Source: Octopus sinensis (taxonomy: Eukaryota). Taken from it: 64,000 nt of DNA. The notes under the pieces were generated by a model. That model made no database searches. It was not told the DNA's origin and saw only the letters and a list, made by a program, of their open reading frames with translations. Both the position numbers and the translations under genes were made by a program. Location of the stretch: assembly GCF_006345805.1 (NCBI RefSeq), contig NC_043006.1:27590001-27654000 (forward strand), given 5' to 3'. Shown here piece by piece: positions 36,889 to 50,842 of this stretch (positions are counted from its first letter, which is position 1; every line of letters begins with the position of its first letter).

Positions 36889-39487
36889 GCATACATACAT
36901 ATATATATATACATATATACATACATACACACATACATATAAATACATATACATACATACATATGCATGCATGCACGTATGCATACATACATATACAAGA
37001 AAAGGTATAAATATTTTCATGAGTGATAACCCAATTACAAACAGTAATGTTTTTATGACGCCTTTCTTTAATTACCATTATTTATACCTTGTCCTGATCA
37101 TATTTTATACCTTGGCTTGTATATCACTGTGTAAAAGCCAGTATAACTGGAGAACAACCACAGATTTACAATATAGAATGGTAGTAAGCTATAACCTCAG
37201 ACTCTACCACAAGACTACGCAGAGTTCTTTACTAATCTAAACAATATTGTTAGCTTGGTGTATGGACAGAGAGCTCATAAAGTATTTTGCCCAGATTAGT
37301 ATTCCCTTACTGATGACTGTTTTTATTATATACATATAAATACACACACACACATGCTTCCTACAGTTTCCACTTAGAAGGCAGTGGTTGGCCCAGGGCC
37401 ATAGCAGACACCTGCTCAAAGTGCCACATAGTGGGCTAGAACCTGAACTCCTATGCTTATGAAGCAACTTGATACCCACAAAGCCATGCTATAATGTCTT
37501 TAAAAAAAACCCCAGGATGGTCACAACAGGAAAGGTTCAGATTAGAAGACTGCTTAATCAAGTCTGGTCATGACTCTAAAAGAAACACAAATACCAATCA
37601 AACAACACAATACACTACCACTGGTTGTCATCACATAAAACAGTAAAATTAAAATATTATTTAGAACTAAAATTTGATTAAATATTAACTATGGCTGCAA
37701 TACAAAAACTGAGAGGAATCACAGGGACATGACAGTATAGCTGGATGTATAGGTGGTATAGATATTAGGTATATTGGCTATATTAGTCAATAAAAGAGGG
37801 TGTAGAAATAAATTCCTTTTAGAATTTCAGCTTAAATATGATCTAGTCATTTTGGTTCTTCCTTCATATAATTTTCTAGTTATTAACCCGGTTTCAAAGA
37901 CAAAAGTCTTGTCTCTCAGCTGCAGGAGAAATATGCCAACAATTTCTCAAGCAGTGAATATGTCTTTCTCTTGAGATTTTCATTGTTAAGCTGTCATATT
38001 ACCAAATCAATTCCTGTGTTCAAAGAAACTCATTCAACCATGCAATGATATGAATTCTTCAAAATACCTATATTCAATTTCAAAAATTCCCACAAACTTA
38101 AACAAAAGATAAATTAGTAAATATTTTAAATTTACTTTTTTTAATATAAAAAATATACATTTTTAACATTGGCATGAGGCCATGCATTTTGGCAAGAAGT
38201 ATAGTTGAGTAAATCAAATCCTATACTCCATCGCTAAATTACTTAATAACTCCAGAAGGAAGAAGGGCAAAGTTTACTTCAGCAGTAGCACTGCAACTAA
38301 ATATCACAAGGCATTTTGTCTAGTGCTGTACTGATTTGGCTAATCTAAAACTAACAAATAGTGACCTGCTTGTTATCACTAATTTAGATAAATATCTAGG
38401 TTATGGTTAGATGTTGCCTTTGAGATAAGAACAATATAACTGCAAGTGAATGGAAAACAAATTCAACACAAATTTATATACTTTAACATGTATATGTATG
38501 GAGGAAAAACTAATAAATTAAAGTAACAAGTTCATAATATGAATCTGATCTTAATGAGAAAGTAGTTCTTGATATGTTATAATATTGATTCTTAATTATG
38601 ATATTAGCGAGTTTTCTACAATGAAATTAATTTTAATAGTAACCAATAGCATGAACAGAACAATCATTGAAGGTTATGTTTTATGATCATCATCATTACT
38701 GTTATATTCATGCTTTCCTTCTTGAATTTAAGAACCAAATTTTCTATGAGGGCCAACCTCTATAGCATAAAGAGGTTGACTATGGTTACAAGAAATGGCT
38801 TTACAATAAGATTCCACAAGGTGTATCAGACAGGAAGAATATTTTGGGGTTTAATTGACTGTTTCAGAACAATAATCCATGTAAAAAGAATTGACAAGAA
38901 GCTATTCAATAGCAAGCATCAGATGCATTTGGGTTACAATAAAAAATTGTAAAACGCATGCTGAAGAGAAGCAAATTTATATAGAAACCATGCCAACTGA
39001 AGGTAAAAGGAAAAGGATAAAAGAAAATTAAGGGCATATTTTCACTATATTAACAGGAAAATTTAATTCACCTTTGAATAAATCAAAATTCCAGGTAAAT
39101 TATACCTTGTTATTGTAAGTACCCCAGATGGCTCACAACAGAATGCGGTTAAAACCAGTAACAAAGTAAGTGAATATGAATTAACACTTTCTGAACAATG
39201 AAAGTATTCTGAATTTCGTTTCTTACAATCAAAGCAATTATTGGTTACAGGGACACTTAGTTTGATTCATATAATCTTAAGGGGATTGCATAACAAAAAT
39301 AAATGCATAAATAAATAAATATGAAGCATTTGTTTGTGAGAAAGGAGTGTGGTAGCATTAAGCTTGGTGGTGCATGTGTAACCAAAAGTATTTATTGGTC
39401 ATACAACTACTAAAGCAATTAGACTGTACTGACATATAATAATTTAAAATAAAGGTATCAGACACCTATAAGTTCAACAAGAATTAC

Positions 39488-39532
39488 CTGTAATGGTACA
39501 GCAGGGGCAGGATTTCCACTAGTGTGTACCCC
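39488..39532 (-). CDS. ATP6V0A1: Candidate 45-nt cassette exon of V-ATPase a (GVHTSGNPAPAVPLQ)
   Basis: ttttgcttctgcataactag acceptor and CAG|GTAATT donor; phase 0/0, no stop, GC-rich island in AT-rich intron. Confidence 0.55.
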
Positions 39533-40929
39533 CTAGTTATGCAGAAGCAAAACACATTTTAAGAAATGGTCACTAAAACTGGGTAATTCATTAAGTTTGT
39601 ACATTCCAAAATGAAATCATTAGATATATATATGATGCCAGAGAACTTTTATCAAACATTTGTTCACGTCTGCCCCATGTTTTTCGCTTAAAATTTTAAA
39701 TATGTTTCACTAAATATAAATGTGGAAGATGAAGTCATAAATGAATCCTTTACATAGTCACTTCACCTGTTAGAAATAGTAAACAAATCTCCCTCAAATT
39801 ACACTCTACTACTATCTAAAAAAAAGTAATAATGGATAATATAGACTTAGCTACACTATGTTTGGAAAAAGACAGGTGGAATGTTATTAACCATAGGCCT
39901 TAGTCAGGACTGACTTGGGACTAAACAACAGCAATTATGGAGGGTTCTATAAAATAACAAGTCTAACAGCTGTGTCCAGATGATGGAAAAGAGAAAAATT
40001 GTGTTGTATAAAATTTAGAAAGCTATCAAAAATCATATATATCAATACTGAATAACTGGTAGCTTGCAACCAGAATGCATTATTGTGATGTGTGTTGATA
40101 GAGCTGTTTCTATTCCACACTCTGTCAGCTCTAGTGTGCTCCAAGGTTCAGTTTGAACTTTCAATCTCTTCTTTGTATATATCCATTTATTCTTACAATT
40201 TTTCAATCTTTGTTAACATTCCCCAACCATGCAATCTAGATACCACATGCCAAACATGCACTAATTTATTGAACAGAGATCTTGAAAGCAAATGTCCATG
40301 GGGCATGATAATCTTTTTCTCTTTTACTATATAAAAAAAATTTAAGCACTACTTATATAAAAAAAACATCAATGTACTATACCCCAACATGATCAGTACA
40401 TAACCAGAGCACTTTCACAATCACTTTAAATGTTAGGCCTCACTATTACCAAGAATTTCTCCAAGTGAAGGCATATCCTTAACATAACTAATGGCTGGGG
40501 AAAATATCTCAAACACTGACACTTTTCTTCAGAGCCAGAAAATACTTTAAACCCCAGTGATTACTAACATTCAACAAAGCTTAGATGAAACTCACGGTGA
40601 AGTATTGCTCCCACATCTTTCTCTCTGCTTCATCACCCATGTTTTGTTCAACTTTCTCAGGCTTTCCATTAATCACTACTCCCAACCCGTTCTCCCTAGA
40701 ATGTCAGCTTCCAGCTCATATTTTTACCGCAGGTGTTGACTTGTGACAGTTAAGAGGAACATTAGCACCTCTTTGGTTTCAGTGGACCTGCAAATCTATA
40801 AGCTGTGACTCATCCTTTTGCTTACAAACTGTAATGTCTGTCTGTCTGTCCATCCATCCATCTATTTATTTATTTCTGCTTATATAGATTGTTGCAGTCC
40901 CTTGTCATCTCATTCATTAAGTTCAGTCT

Positions 40930-41390
40930 CTTGAGACCATATTCCACTTCTCATGTTTTCTCTTACCACTGGTTCCTTCCATTTGGACTTGGCACTTCTT
41001 TATCCAACAGTCATTCTTAATATCCATCAATCACCTGTCCACACTATTGCAGTCTTTTCTATTATATTCTACATTTTATTCTAGTTATACCCAGCTTCTC
41101 TCTCAGTTCATTTCTGCTCTATCATTCATGCACATTTCATATTGCACATCCAGCAAAACACACATGCTTCATTTAATTCTAGTTTTTATATATCTTCCAC
41201 ATTCATTATCCAAATCACTACTATACTTCATCACCAGTATTATGCTATCTATCATTCATTTGGACAGAAAATCTCATTTCCAACAAAGAACTTTTTCCAT
41301 CTCTTTCTTATTCTGGCTACCATGTTTTCAGAACACCTTCTGCCACTGTTAATTAGGTCACCAAGATAATATAAGCAGCCATCTACTTCT
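40930..41390 (-). mobile_element. Highly decayed RTE 3' ORF fragment
   Basis: Resembles RTE C-terminal DNA (ggttccttcc...ggcacttctt; ggtcacc...ctact). Confidence 0.45.
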
Positions 41391-41459
41391 AGGGAGCCCT
41401 CTGGGCATTTAAAGAAGAATTAGTTCATGAATGTACATATTGTTTTAACTACCCCTTTT

Positions 41460-41575
41460 TTTTCTACTCTAGGCACAAGGCCCGAAATTTTTGGGGAGAG
41501 GGCCAGTTGATTAGATTGACCCCAGTACACAACTGGTACTTAATTTATCAACCCTGAAAGGATGAAAGCTAAATT
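41460..41575 (-). mobile_element. Truncated MetaSINE-like SINE
   Basis: tttctactctaggcacaaggcccgaaa...ccctgaaaggatgaaag. Confidence 0.75.
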
Positions 41576-42554
41576 TCTCATTGAACTCATTGCTAATCTT
41601 CACCTAGGTCATAGACACACACATATACTTGAATGTTGCATGTACACATGTAACAGCATGTTACATTCTATTAATGTTTAAATAAATATTTAAAGATATT
41701 TGTTAAACAATTTTTCAATGGAAGGAGGTGAATGGAGATTATATAAGATAGAAAGTAACAATTTTGTTTGAAGATATTAAAATATATTGAAAATCTAATT
41801 CAATTACAAAAATATAATCTAAAACATTTTTTTAAAACATTCTTAAAACAAAAGAAAAAAATATGAATGTTTTGAGATACTGAATTTACTTTGAACTACT
41901 GGAAAGAGATAAAAAAGGAAAGGACAACAGAAATGAGATATATTTACAATCTTTGAAAAATACCGATCAGAAAATTGTTAATTTAGTGGTTATGTATAGA
42001 AAAAAGCTAATGTTTTGAAATTCTTAAATTATGTATTCTCTTTTATCATAAATTTATAATCCTAATTCTCTTAGCCATTAAGATTCTGTTATTTTAAACT
42101 ATGTTTATTTGTATAAAACATGAAACAATTATCCCCACATGTTTTTGTTATATTTAAGCTTATCAGGAGTAATGAATGTTTTAGAATGTTCAAGTGTTAC
42201 TAATATTCCTTCACTATCTTGAGCACTGCCAATCAGTAACTTCTCACACTACTTTCAATTTCTATATCTGGTAATATCATTAAAATCTAAGATGGCAACT
42301 GCTTTTTAAATTAATTGCAACAATTATCTTTTATTCTTATTAAGATCATTGGTTATTAAGATGAAAAAAAAAATTGATTACAGAGTTTCCTTATAAAAAA
42401 ATAAACAAGCTTTTGTCATTAATAGGTTATTTTATCAATATCAAGAAATGATATTTATATGTAGAAAAATCAAATGGTAAAAATTACAACAGAAGAAATC
42501 CTGCCAAAGAATATTGTTGCAGGCACTGCCCAATCCAGCTTGGCCTGCTCTCTG

Positions 42555-42876
42555 GCTTTTCATCGGTTACAACAATGAGTATTCCAGATAATCTGATCAA
42601 CAGAACAGCCTACTTGTGAAATTAACATACAAGTGGCTGAGTACTCCAGAGACACACATACCTTTAACATAGTTCTCAGGAAGATTCAGCATCACACACC
42701 AAATGTGACAAGGCCATTCCATTGAATTACAGGAACAACTCATTTTTGCCAGCTGAGTGGACTGAAGCAATGTGAAATAAAATGTTTTGTTCAAGGACAC
42801 AATGTGCCACTGGGAATTGAACTCACGACCTTACAATTGTGAGCCAAATACCCCAAACCATTAGGCCACAGACCTC
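42555..42876 (-). mobile_element. tRNA-derived SINE, third family (Deu/Nin/CORE-like body)
   Basis: Minus-strand A box TGGCCTAATGG and B box GAGTTCAATTCC, followed by TGTGTCCTTGAACAAAACATTTTATTTCACATTGC...CCACTCAGCTGG. Confidence 0.7.
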
Positions 42877-43424
42877 GAGCTACACACCTCCATCCAGCTT
42901 AACAATATAACCAAACAGCATGAGGTATCAACTTAATCAAAGACACAATTCTTTGAACTAACATTTTAACTAAGAAAAGTATAGCAGAGTTTTAGAAAGA
43001 ACCTCAGTGTGCATTTCGTTTTTTCTAGAAAGAAAAGAATTGGAAATTCAAATCATATTAAGGGAAGATAAAATCAGTAGCAAGAACATTTCTTTTGATT
43101 AGAAGAGACATGTCAATTGTCACTTAAAAGAAGAAACATTAATACTAAGTAAACTGCTTTGTTCTTTAAAACATGTCTTCAAAAATTTACCAAAATTCCT
43201 TAGACCCATGAACAATTCTTAAAGTAAGAACTATCTACATGCTAGATTGCAATCTAAACTCTGAAGCTGGCTGATTTACCATGTTGTTGAAATAATTACC
43301 TTTGAATCATATTAGCAGAAAATGTTTATTCTCAAGAGACTTTCCTTTCACACACACAAACAAGTTAAATGAGGTAAAGGAAAATAGTTAGCCATAAAAA
43401 TAAAGGCAAAAACTAAAAGGACTT

Positions 43425-43462
<38 letters not shown>

Positions 43463-45036
43463 TATCTTGAAGTTGAGTTGAATCAGATAAAACAAAAGAA
43501 TTCATAAAGATATAACAAATATGAAATCTATGATTTTATGGTACCTATCACATATTTTGTTATTTTTCCATCCTTTAGAGACTGATAAAACAGATAACTG
43601 ACCAGGATAACAAAATTCATTTCAAACTTGAACTGCTAAAACTGATTTAACAGCTAGAAATCTGAATCCTGCTACAATAACTGCTGGACAGCAAATTTTT
43701 CATGGTCTAGCATCTTAATTAGGAAATAGACTTACTTTCTCAAAATACAAAAAAAAATCTGGAATAAAATTCTAGCTGTATCATCAATCTTAATTTGAAT
43801 AAAATAAAACATGCATAGTAATATTTATTCAATATGTAGGAATAATGAGAATATTTTGTCTAAAAGATCAATGCATGCAAAAAATTTAAACATATTGGTC
43901 AAATAAGATTTAGTTATTGATTTAGTTGTTATTTAAAAAAGCAGAATTAAAAATGAGAAATATAAGATGCGAAATGATAATTCAGAAAATTGTTAGAAGG
44001 TTAGAGACTAAAGTAATTCAAAGTTTATTAAATGTGTGAGAAAGTGAAGAAAGGAAGGAGAACTGAACAAAAGATGCAAACACTGTGTAGCTACATGTAT
44101 ACAGAGATGCACGACACAGGTAAATGATATGATGAAGGCAGACTAGGAATGCAAAAATAACAATTTCAGTACCAGGATTTGGGTCAGTTTACAATAAATA
44201 TTTGGAAATCTATGGAAATTAAAATAATCATAAACTAAAGTTATTTCAAAATTTCAAGAAAACAATCACTAAATAAAAGATAATAGCAATATCATAGGAA
44301 GATATGAACATCTGATAATATTTAGAATACTTAGATATTGGTATCTTTTGGGAGGTTCTGAGGCATATATATCTTTGTATGCTTATAAACTAATATGTAA
44401 CTATCTGCTACATACTAGACAGGTAGCTTTGATGAGCTTTCAGAGACCAAATGATTAATTATAGCTGTTGGTGTGTGTGTGTGTGTACATATATATGTAT
44501 ACACATACAACACACACACATCATTGTTTTAACATCCAATTTTCCTTGCCTGCATAGGTCAGATGGAATTCATTGAGGTAGATTTTTTCGAACCAGATGC
44601 CCCCCCCCCCTCTTGCCAATCCTCATCTGTTTCCAAACAAGGTAAGAATCCCCTAGTCCATCATACAATGAAACAGAAAGAACATATACAATAAGAATCT
44701 ACAGCAACTAGAATATAATGGGAGATGTGCCACAGGCAATTCACCAGACTAAAATATCAAGAACTGAATCCAGAAATTTATTAGCTTAACTCTAAGCCAG
44801 ATTCTATTAAATGTAGCCAAGATATCATAAAGACAACAAAACTAATCAGGTCAAGAGGCTAAAAATCATATTTAGACAATTCACAGAATTTCAATGACAA
44901 AGAATCTCAATCTCTTATTCACTAGTTCTTCCAATTCTTCATAAATATTGCATAGATGAATGAAGACCAACACTAATGATTCTTACATTATTGTTAGACT
45001 TCATATAAAATGAATATAAATGTAACATAATAATAG

Positions 45037-45447
45037 TCTTTTCTACTAAAGGCACAAAGCCTGAAATTTTGGGGGAGGAGACTAATCAATTATATTGACC
45101 CCAGTGTTTCAGTGGTACTTATTTTATTGACCCTGAAAGGATGAAAGGCAAAGTCAACCTCGGCAGAATGTAGCGGCAGATGAAATACTGCTAAGCATTT
45201 CAACCAGTGTGCTAACAATTCTGCCAGCTCACCACCTTAATAATAATAATAATAACAATCCTTTCTACTATAGGCACAAGGCCTGAAATTTGGGTGAATG
45301 GGATAGTCAATTATATCGACCCCAGTACTTGACTGGTACTTTATTGACCCTGAAAGGATGAAAGACAAAGTCAACCTCAGTGGAATTTGAACTCAGAATA
45401 TAGCAAGACATTTCATCCAGCATGCTAACAATTCTGCCAGCTTGCAG
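45037..45447 (-). mobile_element. Two tandem MetaSINE-like SINEs separated by (TAA)n
   Basis: Copies at about 45037-45238 and 45260-45447. Confidence 0.8.
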
Positions 45448-45843
45448 CAATAATGATAGCAGTAGCAGTAGTAGTAGTAGTAGTAAACCGTACAAAAGTA
45501 ATCAGGCAATGAAATGCTTGTAACTAAATTCACAACATGGTTTACAGTAAAATTTTCCTTCATCTCCTTTTACATGGTAAATCAATATATTTAAAACAGT
45601 ACAAAAAAAAGTTTAATAGAGTTTCTATAAATTTTGCACTATATCTTTAAAGTACCTAAATGTTAACAACATGAAAAAACTATATTTTAAAATCTTGTTA
45701 ATTTAGTATTAGTTTGACTAAACATTAAAAGCAAGTAAATGTATGATGTAAGAAAGGAAGTTGATAAACAGAGAAAGAAAATACAGAGAGAATGCAGACA
45801 AATAGACAAACAGAACGAGAGAAAGAAAGAGAGAAAGAGAGAG

Positions 45844-45882
<39 letters not shown>

Positions 45883-45986
45883 CAGACAGACAGACAGATA
45901 AAAAGTGGTTAGCTGCAGAGACTATTATGAAAGAAAGACTTAACAATTGATGTAAGTTAGTGGTGTGTTTAGTAAAACTTGTTCAC

Positions 45987-46109
45987 CTCCTCAGGCTCCT
46001 GGCCAGAATAGTGGAGGGTGTCTTCTGGATTTTCAGCCGCATAGATGATGGCATCTTGGTCGTGGTTTACCAAATCTCCACTCTGAACTGACAGCTGCTG
46101 GTGTTCAAA
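45987..46109 (-). CDS. ATP6V0A1: V-ATPase a loop exon FEHQQLSVQSGDLVNHDQDAIIYAAENPEDTLHYSGQEPEE (possibly alternative)
   Basis: cctacag acceptor, GAG|GTGAAC donor, 123 nt, phase 0/0; resembles the acidic loop of vertebrate a1 (EEDAEIIQHD...). Confidence 0.8.
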
Positions 46110-46428
46110 CTGTAGGAACCAACCAAGCCATTAATAGCAGAAGAAAAACATATGCAGCAATGGAAATTAGGGAAAGAAAATGGTGAAGATTTTTGTGGCA
46201 CATCAATTCTGTTGAAGGAAACTTTTTTTTTTGTTCAATAAATACAAACATTAGGAATCAAGTCAGATCTCTGTGTAAAAAAGTAAAATCTGGAATCCAA
46301 CGAAATTACTGAAGATATCTGAGTGTATGTATATAACTGTATCTATAGACATCTGTATGTGAATATACATATGTATATGTATACATATATAAATTTAAAT
46401 ATACATACATGTGTGTATGTATGTGTGA

Positions 46429-46462
<34 letters not shown>

Positions 46463-46491
46463 AAGTGTGTGTATGTATGTGTGTGTGTATA

Positions 46492-46523
<32 letters not shown>

Positions 46524-47069
46524 CCACACAAACACACATGTATATGTGTACATATAATAGGAGTTTAGAAAAGTAGACTGATTAGAATTAGCAATTTAGG
46601 ACAACAGAAAAACAAAAATAACTTAATATACTATAATATCTAATACTAATAATAATAAGTAGAAAAATTTGGCTAAAAAGAGACAAAACTATACAATGTG
46701 AAATAAAATGGATGCAATTAATATTTCGGCAACAAAACAAAAAAAGAAAGAGGCTAAAATACAAGTGTTTAAATTGAAATCATCAAGAAAGTAACCTGAA
46801 AAATAGAAAAATAATTATTTAACAAAGGTTAAAATATTGGAAAAGCTACAAAAGAAATTTAAAACTAAAAAGGGAATTATAAAAACAAAAGAAAATAAAT
46901 ATTAAAATAAATGCTAATTTTAAAGGTATTTCTAAGACAGCAATGAAATATATTTCTAGCAAAAAGTTTGAGAAATGAAACAAAAAATAACATATTTGTA
47001 AAAGAAATGTAGTTTAGTTGAACTGTCTTTCCTCACTGTTTCTTCATAGGCAAAGATCTATTTGGTTAA

Positions 47070-47281
47070 CCCTTTGAACTTGCAAGTACAATTTCAGCTG
47101 ATTTATAGCCTAGGAAGACAGAAAGCATGTAGCCATATGGTTTTGTGTTTACAGATCACTAACTGGCATAAACACTGTTATTTTCAGATGTAAACACAAA
47201 ACCATGTTGTCATCCACTTTTCCATCTTCTAGTGGTTATAGTCAAACAAAATCACACCTGCTAACTCATGGGTTCAAAGGG
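47070..47281. mobile_element. 212-bp piggyBac-like MITE
   Basis: TTAA|CCCTTTGAAC ... GTTCAAAGGG|TTAA, internally palindromic. Confidence 0.8.
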
Positions 47282-47421
47282 TTAAAATCCAACCAAGAGA
47301 AGAAAGTAAAGGATACATCATCACCATTACTGATATAGTTTAGATTTTAAAAAATATATAGCTTTGCTGGGGGTAATAAAAATGTTTTGTATAATGTTAT
47401 AACCAATACCATCATTTTTAA

Positions 47422-47685
47422 CCCTTTTGATACCAACTCACCTGAAATCATCCCTGGTTCTATGACACAAACTTCCTGTTTTAACCAAATTAAACCTTCC
47501 ACCAGATTTTCATGTCAAGTTTGTTCCAAATACCAACTTAATAATGTCAAAAGTACTTTACTAAGTTCGTTGTTAATCTAAAAACTGAAACAGTATTTCT
47601 ACAGATACATACCCGTTCAACCCGTGCTAGCACGGAAAACGGACATTAAACGATGATGATGATGATATGGTAAAAGAAAGATTAA
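47422..47685. mobile_element. piggyBac-like MITE (same family as 58019-58728) carrying a ~55-bp RTE tail insertion at about 47610-47665
   Basis: TTAA|CCCTTTTGATACC start; reverse complement of the 58600-58728 end. Confidence 0.65.
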
Positions 47686-48949
47686 TAACCATAAACTCAA
47701 AGTGAAAAGGTAGCAAAATTGGCTGAACATGGTACAGAGCCCAATGAGATTATCTGTCTGAAATAATTCATCAATATTCCGAGGCTCCTAGGAATAAAAC
47801 TTGTTTTCCCTACTTCTGAGTGTGAATGAAATAAATAACAAGCTAATGAGCTGGATGAATTCTCTTAAATATACACTTTAGCTTACAAAATATTGCTTGT
47901 TTTTGTTGTTTCGTGTTTTTATCAAGTTAAGGAGTTTATATTTTTTTCCATTAAATATTCCTTGGAGTTATTCTTCACATATAGAGAACCAAATGAACAT
48001 GAAGATATATCCAATTTATAAAATTAAACTAAAGATAACCTCACTAACAATAACCATCAGCAAACTATAAGGAGACTTTTCATTAATTTGGATTATTTTC
48101 TATGACATGGAGAGAAGTGGAATATTTCAGCTGAAAAATCTCTTTCTACACAGACAAAAGACAGTAGCAAAGTATCAGATTCCTCTTCTATCCATGGTAA
48201 ACAAACTTATCTGGAGTATCATAAACTTTAACAAATAATTCTTGCCAACATAAACCACCACTAATTTCCTCAGCTTCTGGGTTATTTTTTATTTACATAG
48301 ATTCCATTGTGGTGTATAGTAAAATCATAACAGCAGAGAGCCATCTATAGGATAGTCATAACAACAGAACAACCATGTATAATATAATCATAATGACAAA
48401 CTTTCTATAGTATAGCCATAACAATAGTCATTTATAATGTAGTCATATATTGGCAATCTATGGTGTGGTCATAATAACAGCTCTCATCTACATTGTAGTC
48501 ATAATAACACATGGCTACCTTGGTATGTAGTCATAACACCTTGAAAACAAAATTTCAAAGTTTCTGTCAACCATTAACAAATATGTACTCTACTGAAAAG
48601 TATTGGACCATCCTTCATTTTAATGTTAAATTATGTTTACATATGACTTGACATGAGAGGAATTATGTACATGTATGTGTGTGTACATGCACATATATAT
48701 GTGTGTGTGTGTGTGTATGTGTGTACATGTATGTTTCCTCCTTGGTGCCCCATTTATTGCTTCTCAAATCATCTTTATCACATGTAACCTTTAAATTTAT
48801 TTACAATCCCTAGTTTTTCTTTATGTCATTTACTGATAGTATACCATCTAGTCCCACTGACTGTTAGTCAGCAAAAGCCTTTGATATTTTTCTAATTGTT
48901 TCAGCCTTTGGCACCATATATATGAATATATGTTTGAATACATATATAT

Positions 48950-49655
48950 TGACTTTTGACTTGAGACAACATTCACCCGGGGTGGGTTGAGCTGGCTTCA
49001 TTCATCCTCAATGCTGCTTCTCTCACAAACACCGACCAGGCCTGGCGATTTGAGACTAACGACCGCGTGATCTCCAACCACTCCTTATTCCAGCAGCGAA
49101 CACCCTAGACATGGGGACCTAGGTTGGGTACCAGATCAGCCTTGACTGTCATCAGCCAGGTTTTCTGTTGTCCACCACATCACTTTCGCCAACCCTGAAG
49201 GGGAGCTGGGGTAATTGCTTCGTAGATGAATTCTCCCAGTTGACGATAGAGGGCATGACCCAACCAACGCAGACATCTTGTTAGGATGACTTGTCAGAGG
49301 GAGGTGATTTTGCACTGGTGTCGCACCGAATTGTTGGAGACAAAGTGATGCCATCGGACACAAAGGATGCGGTGTAGACAGAAGTGATCGAAGGATGCTA
49401 GTCGCTTAATATCTTCCACCCTCATCGGCCATGACTCGCTGCCGTAAAGGAGAATCGTTCGCACTAGTGCTTGGTAGATCCATACGTTGGTGGCGCGTCG
49501 GATCTCAGATCTTGACCAGAGTCATGCATTGAGTCGGTTGAAGGCTTGGTGAGAGAGGGTGATTCGTGTTTTAATGTCAGCCTCACTTTGACCTGTGGCT
49601 GTAATGATGGCGCCAAGGTATTTGAAACTCTCAACCTCTTCAAGAAAATCACCAT
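48950..49655 (-). mobile_element. RTE-clade LINE 3' fragment (distinct family)
   Basis: RLASFDHFCLHRIL...LRWLGH...GGQQKTW..TVKADL; short tandem tail at about 48950. Confidence 0.75.
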
Positions 49656-49695
49656 TGAATACACGTGAATATATATATATGAATACATATATGTG

Positions 49696-49740
<45 letters not shown>

Positions 49741-49924
49741 TGGAGTAAACACATAAATGTGAAACAAGGTGGAAAAAAGAGTACTCAAATACCAGTGGTA
49801 GAGTAATATGCTTTATTTAAAGCAGCAGAAAATTCAACAAAATTTTGTTGAATTTTCTGCTGCTTTAAATCAATATATATATATATGTATATATACGAGT
49901 ATATGTATATATCTATATATTTCT

Positions 49925-50842
49925 ATTTTTTTAATTTCATCTAGTTTCAGCTCACGAGCTGTAGCCATGCTGGGGCACCGCCATTTGGTATTGCTACATG
50001 ATTTTACTTCACGAATGCTTTTTAGCAATTGACATTTGGTGCTTGAGAGAGTTTGATGCAGCTGCCCTCATCTGCACCTCCTGCCGTGAAGTTGGTTCAT
50101 CTGGGACACCTGACAGGAAGAGGTCCAGCTTTATTTTGAAAACATCTACATCCACCCCATGCAGGTCTCTCAGGTCCTTCGGGAGGATATTGAAGAACTG
50201 TGGACCTCTGGAGCCCAGGCCATTGCAGTATCTTGTCCTACATCTTGATGGCAAATTTGGAGTCCTTGGCACTATGCAGTGGCGCCCAGTTCTAGTATTT
50301 GTGTAACTCTTGATGCCAAAGTTTGGGACAAGTCCTTCCAGGATCTTCCAGATGGATATTATGGCATATCTTTCTTGCCTACTCTCTAAGGAATAGAGTC
50401 TTAATCTCTTGAGTCTTTCCCAATAGCTTATATGCTGCATAGAGGCTATCTTCGTGTAGCTTCGTTGGATTGCCTCAAGTTCTGAGATTAATTTGACACT
50501 GGCTGGTGACCATAGCTGAGAGCAATAGTCAAAGTGGCTTAGGACAAGTGTCCTCCAGAGGACCATCATGGTTTCCTGGTCTCTTGTTCTAAAAGCTCTA
50601 AGAATCCATCCGGTCAGCCGCCTATATTTCATTGCCAATTTAGCAACATGCACATGAAAGGTTGCATCATTACTCATGTAAATGCCCAGGTCTCGCACTG
50701 ACTGTGCCTCTGGGATTGCAATCCCTCCAGGTCCAGTGTATTTATTGGGCATTGCATTTAGTTTTGCATGCTGATAGCACAAAGCTTGAAACTTTTCAGC
50801 ATTGAACTGCATGCTATTCTTCTCAGCCCACTTGTATATTTC
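49925..50842 (-). mobile_element. CR1-clade LINE 3' end (ORF2 C-terminus + tail)
   Basis: Open frame WAEKNSMQFN..VRDLGI..DYCSQLWSP..LEAIQR..YWERLKRLRLYSLE ending at 50009, then a stem-loop tail. Confidence 0.9.

Noticed and set aside
43736-43758. AG...GTAAGT-bounded 23-nt candidate exon
   Set aside because: Not a multiple of 3 and mostly poly-T; likely chance.
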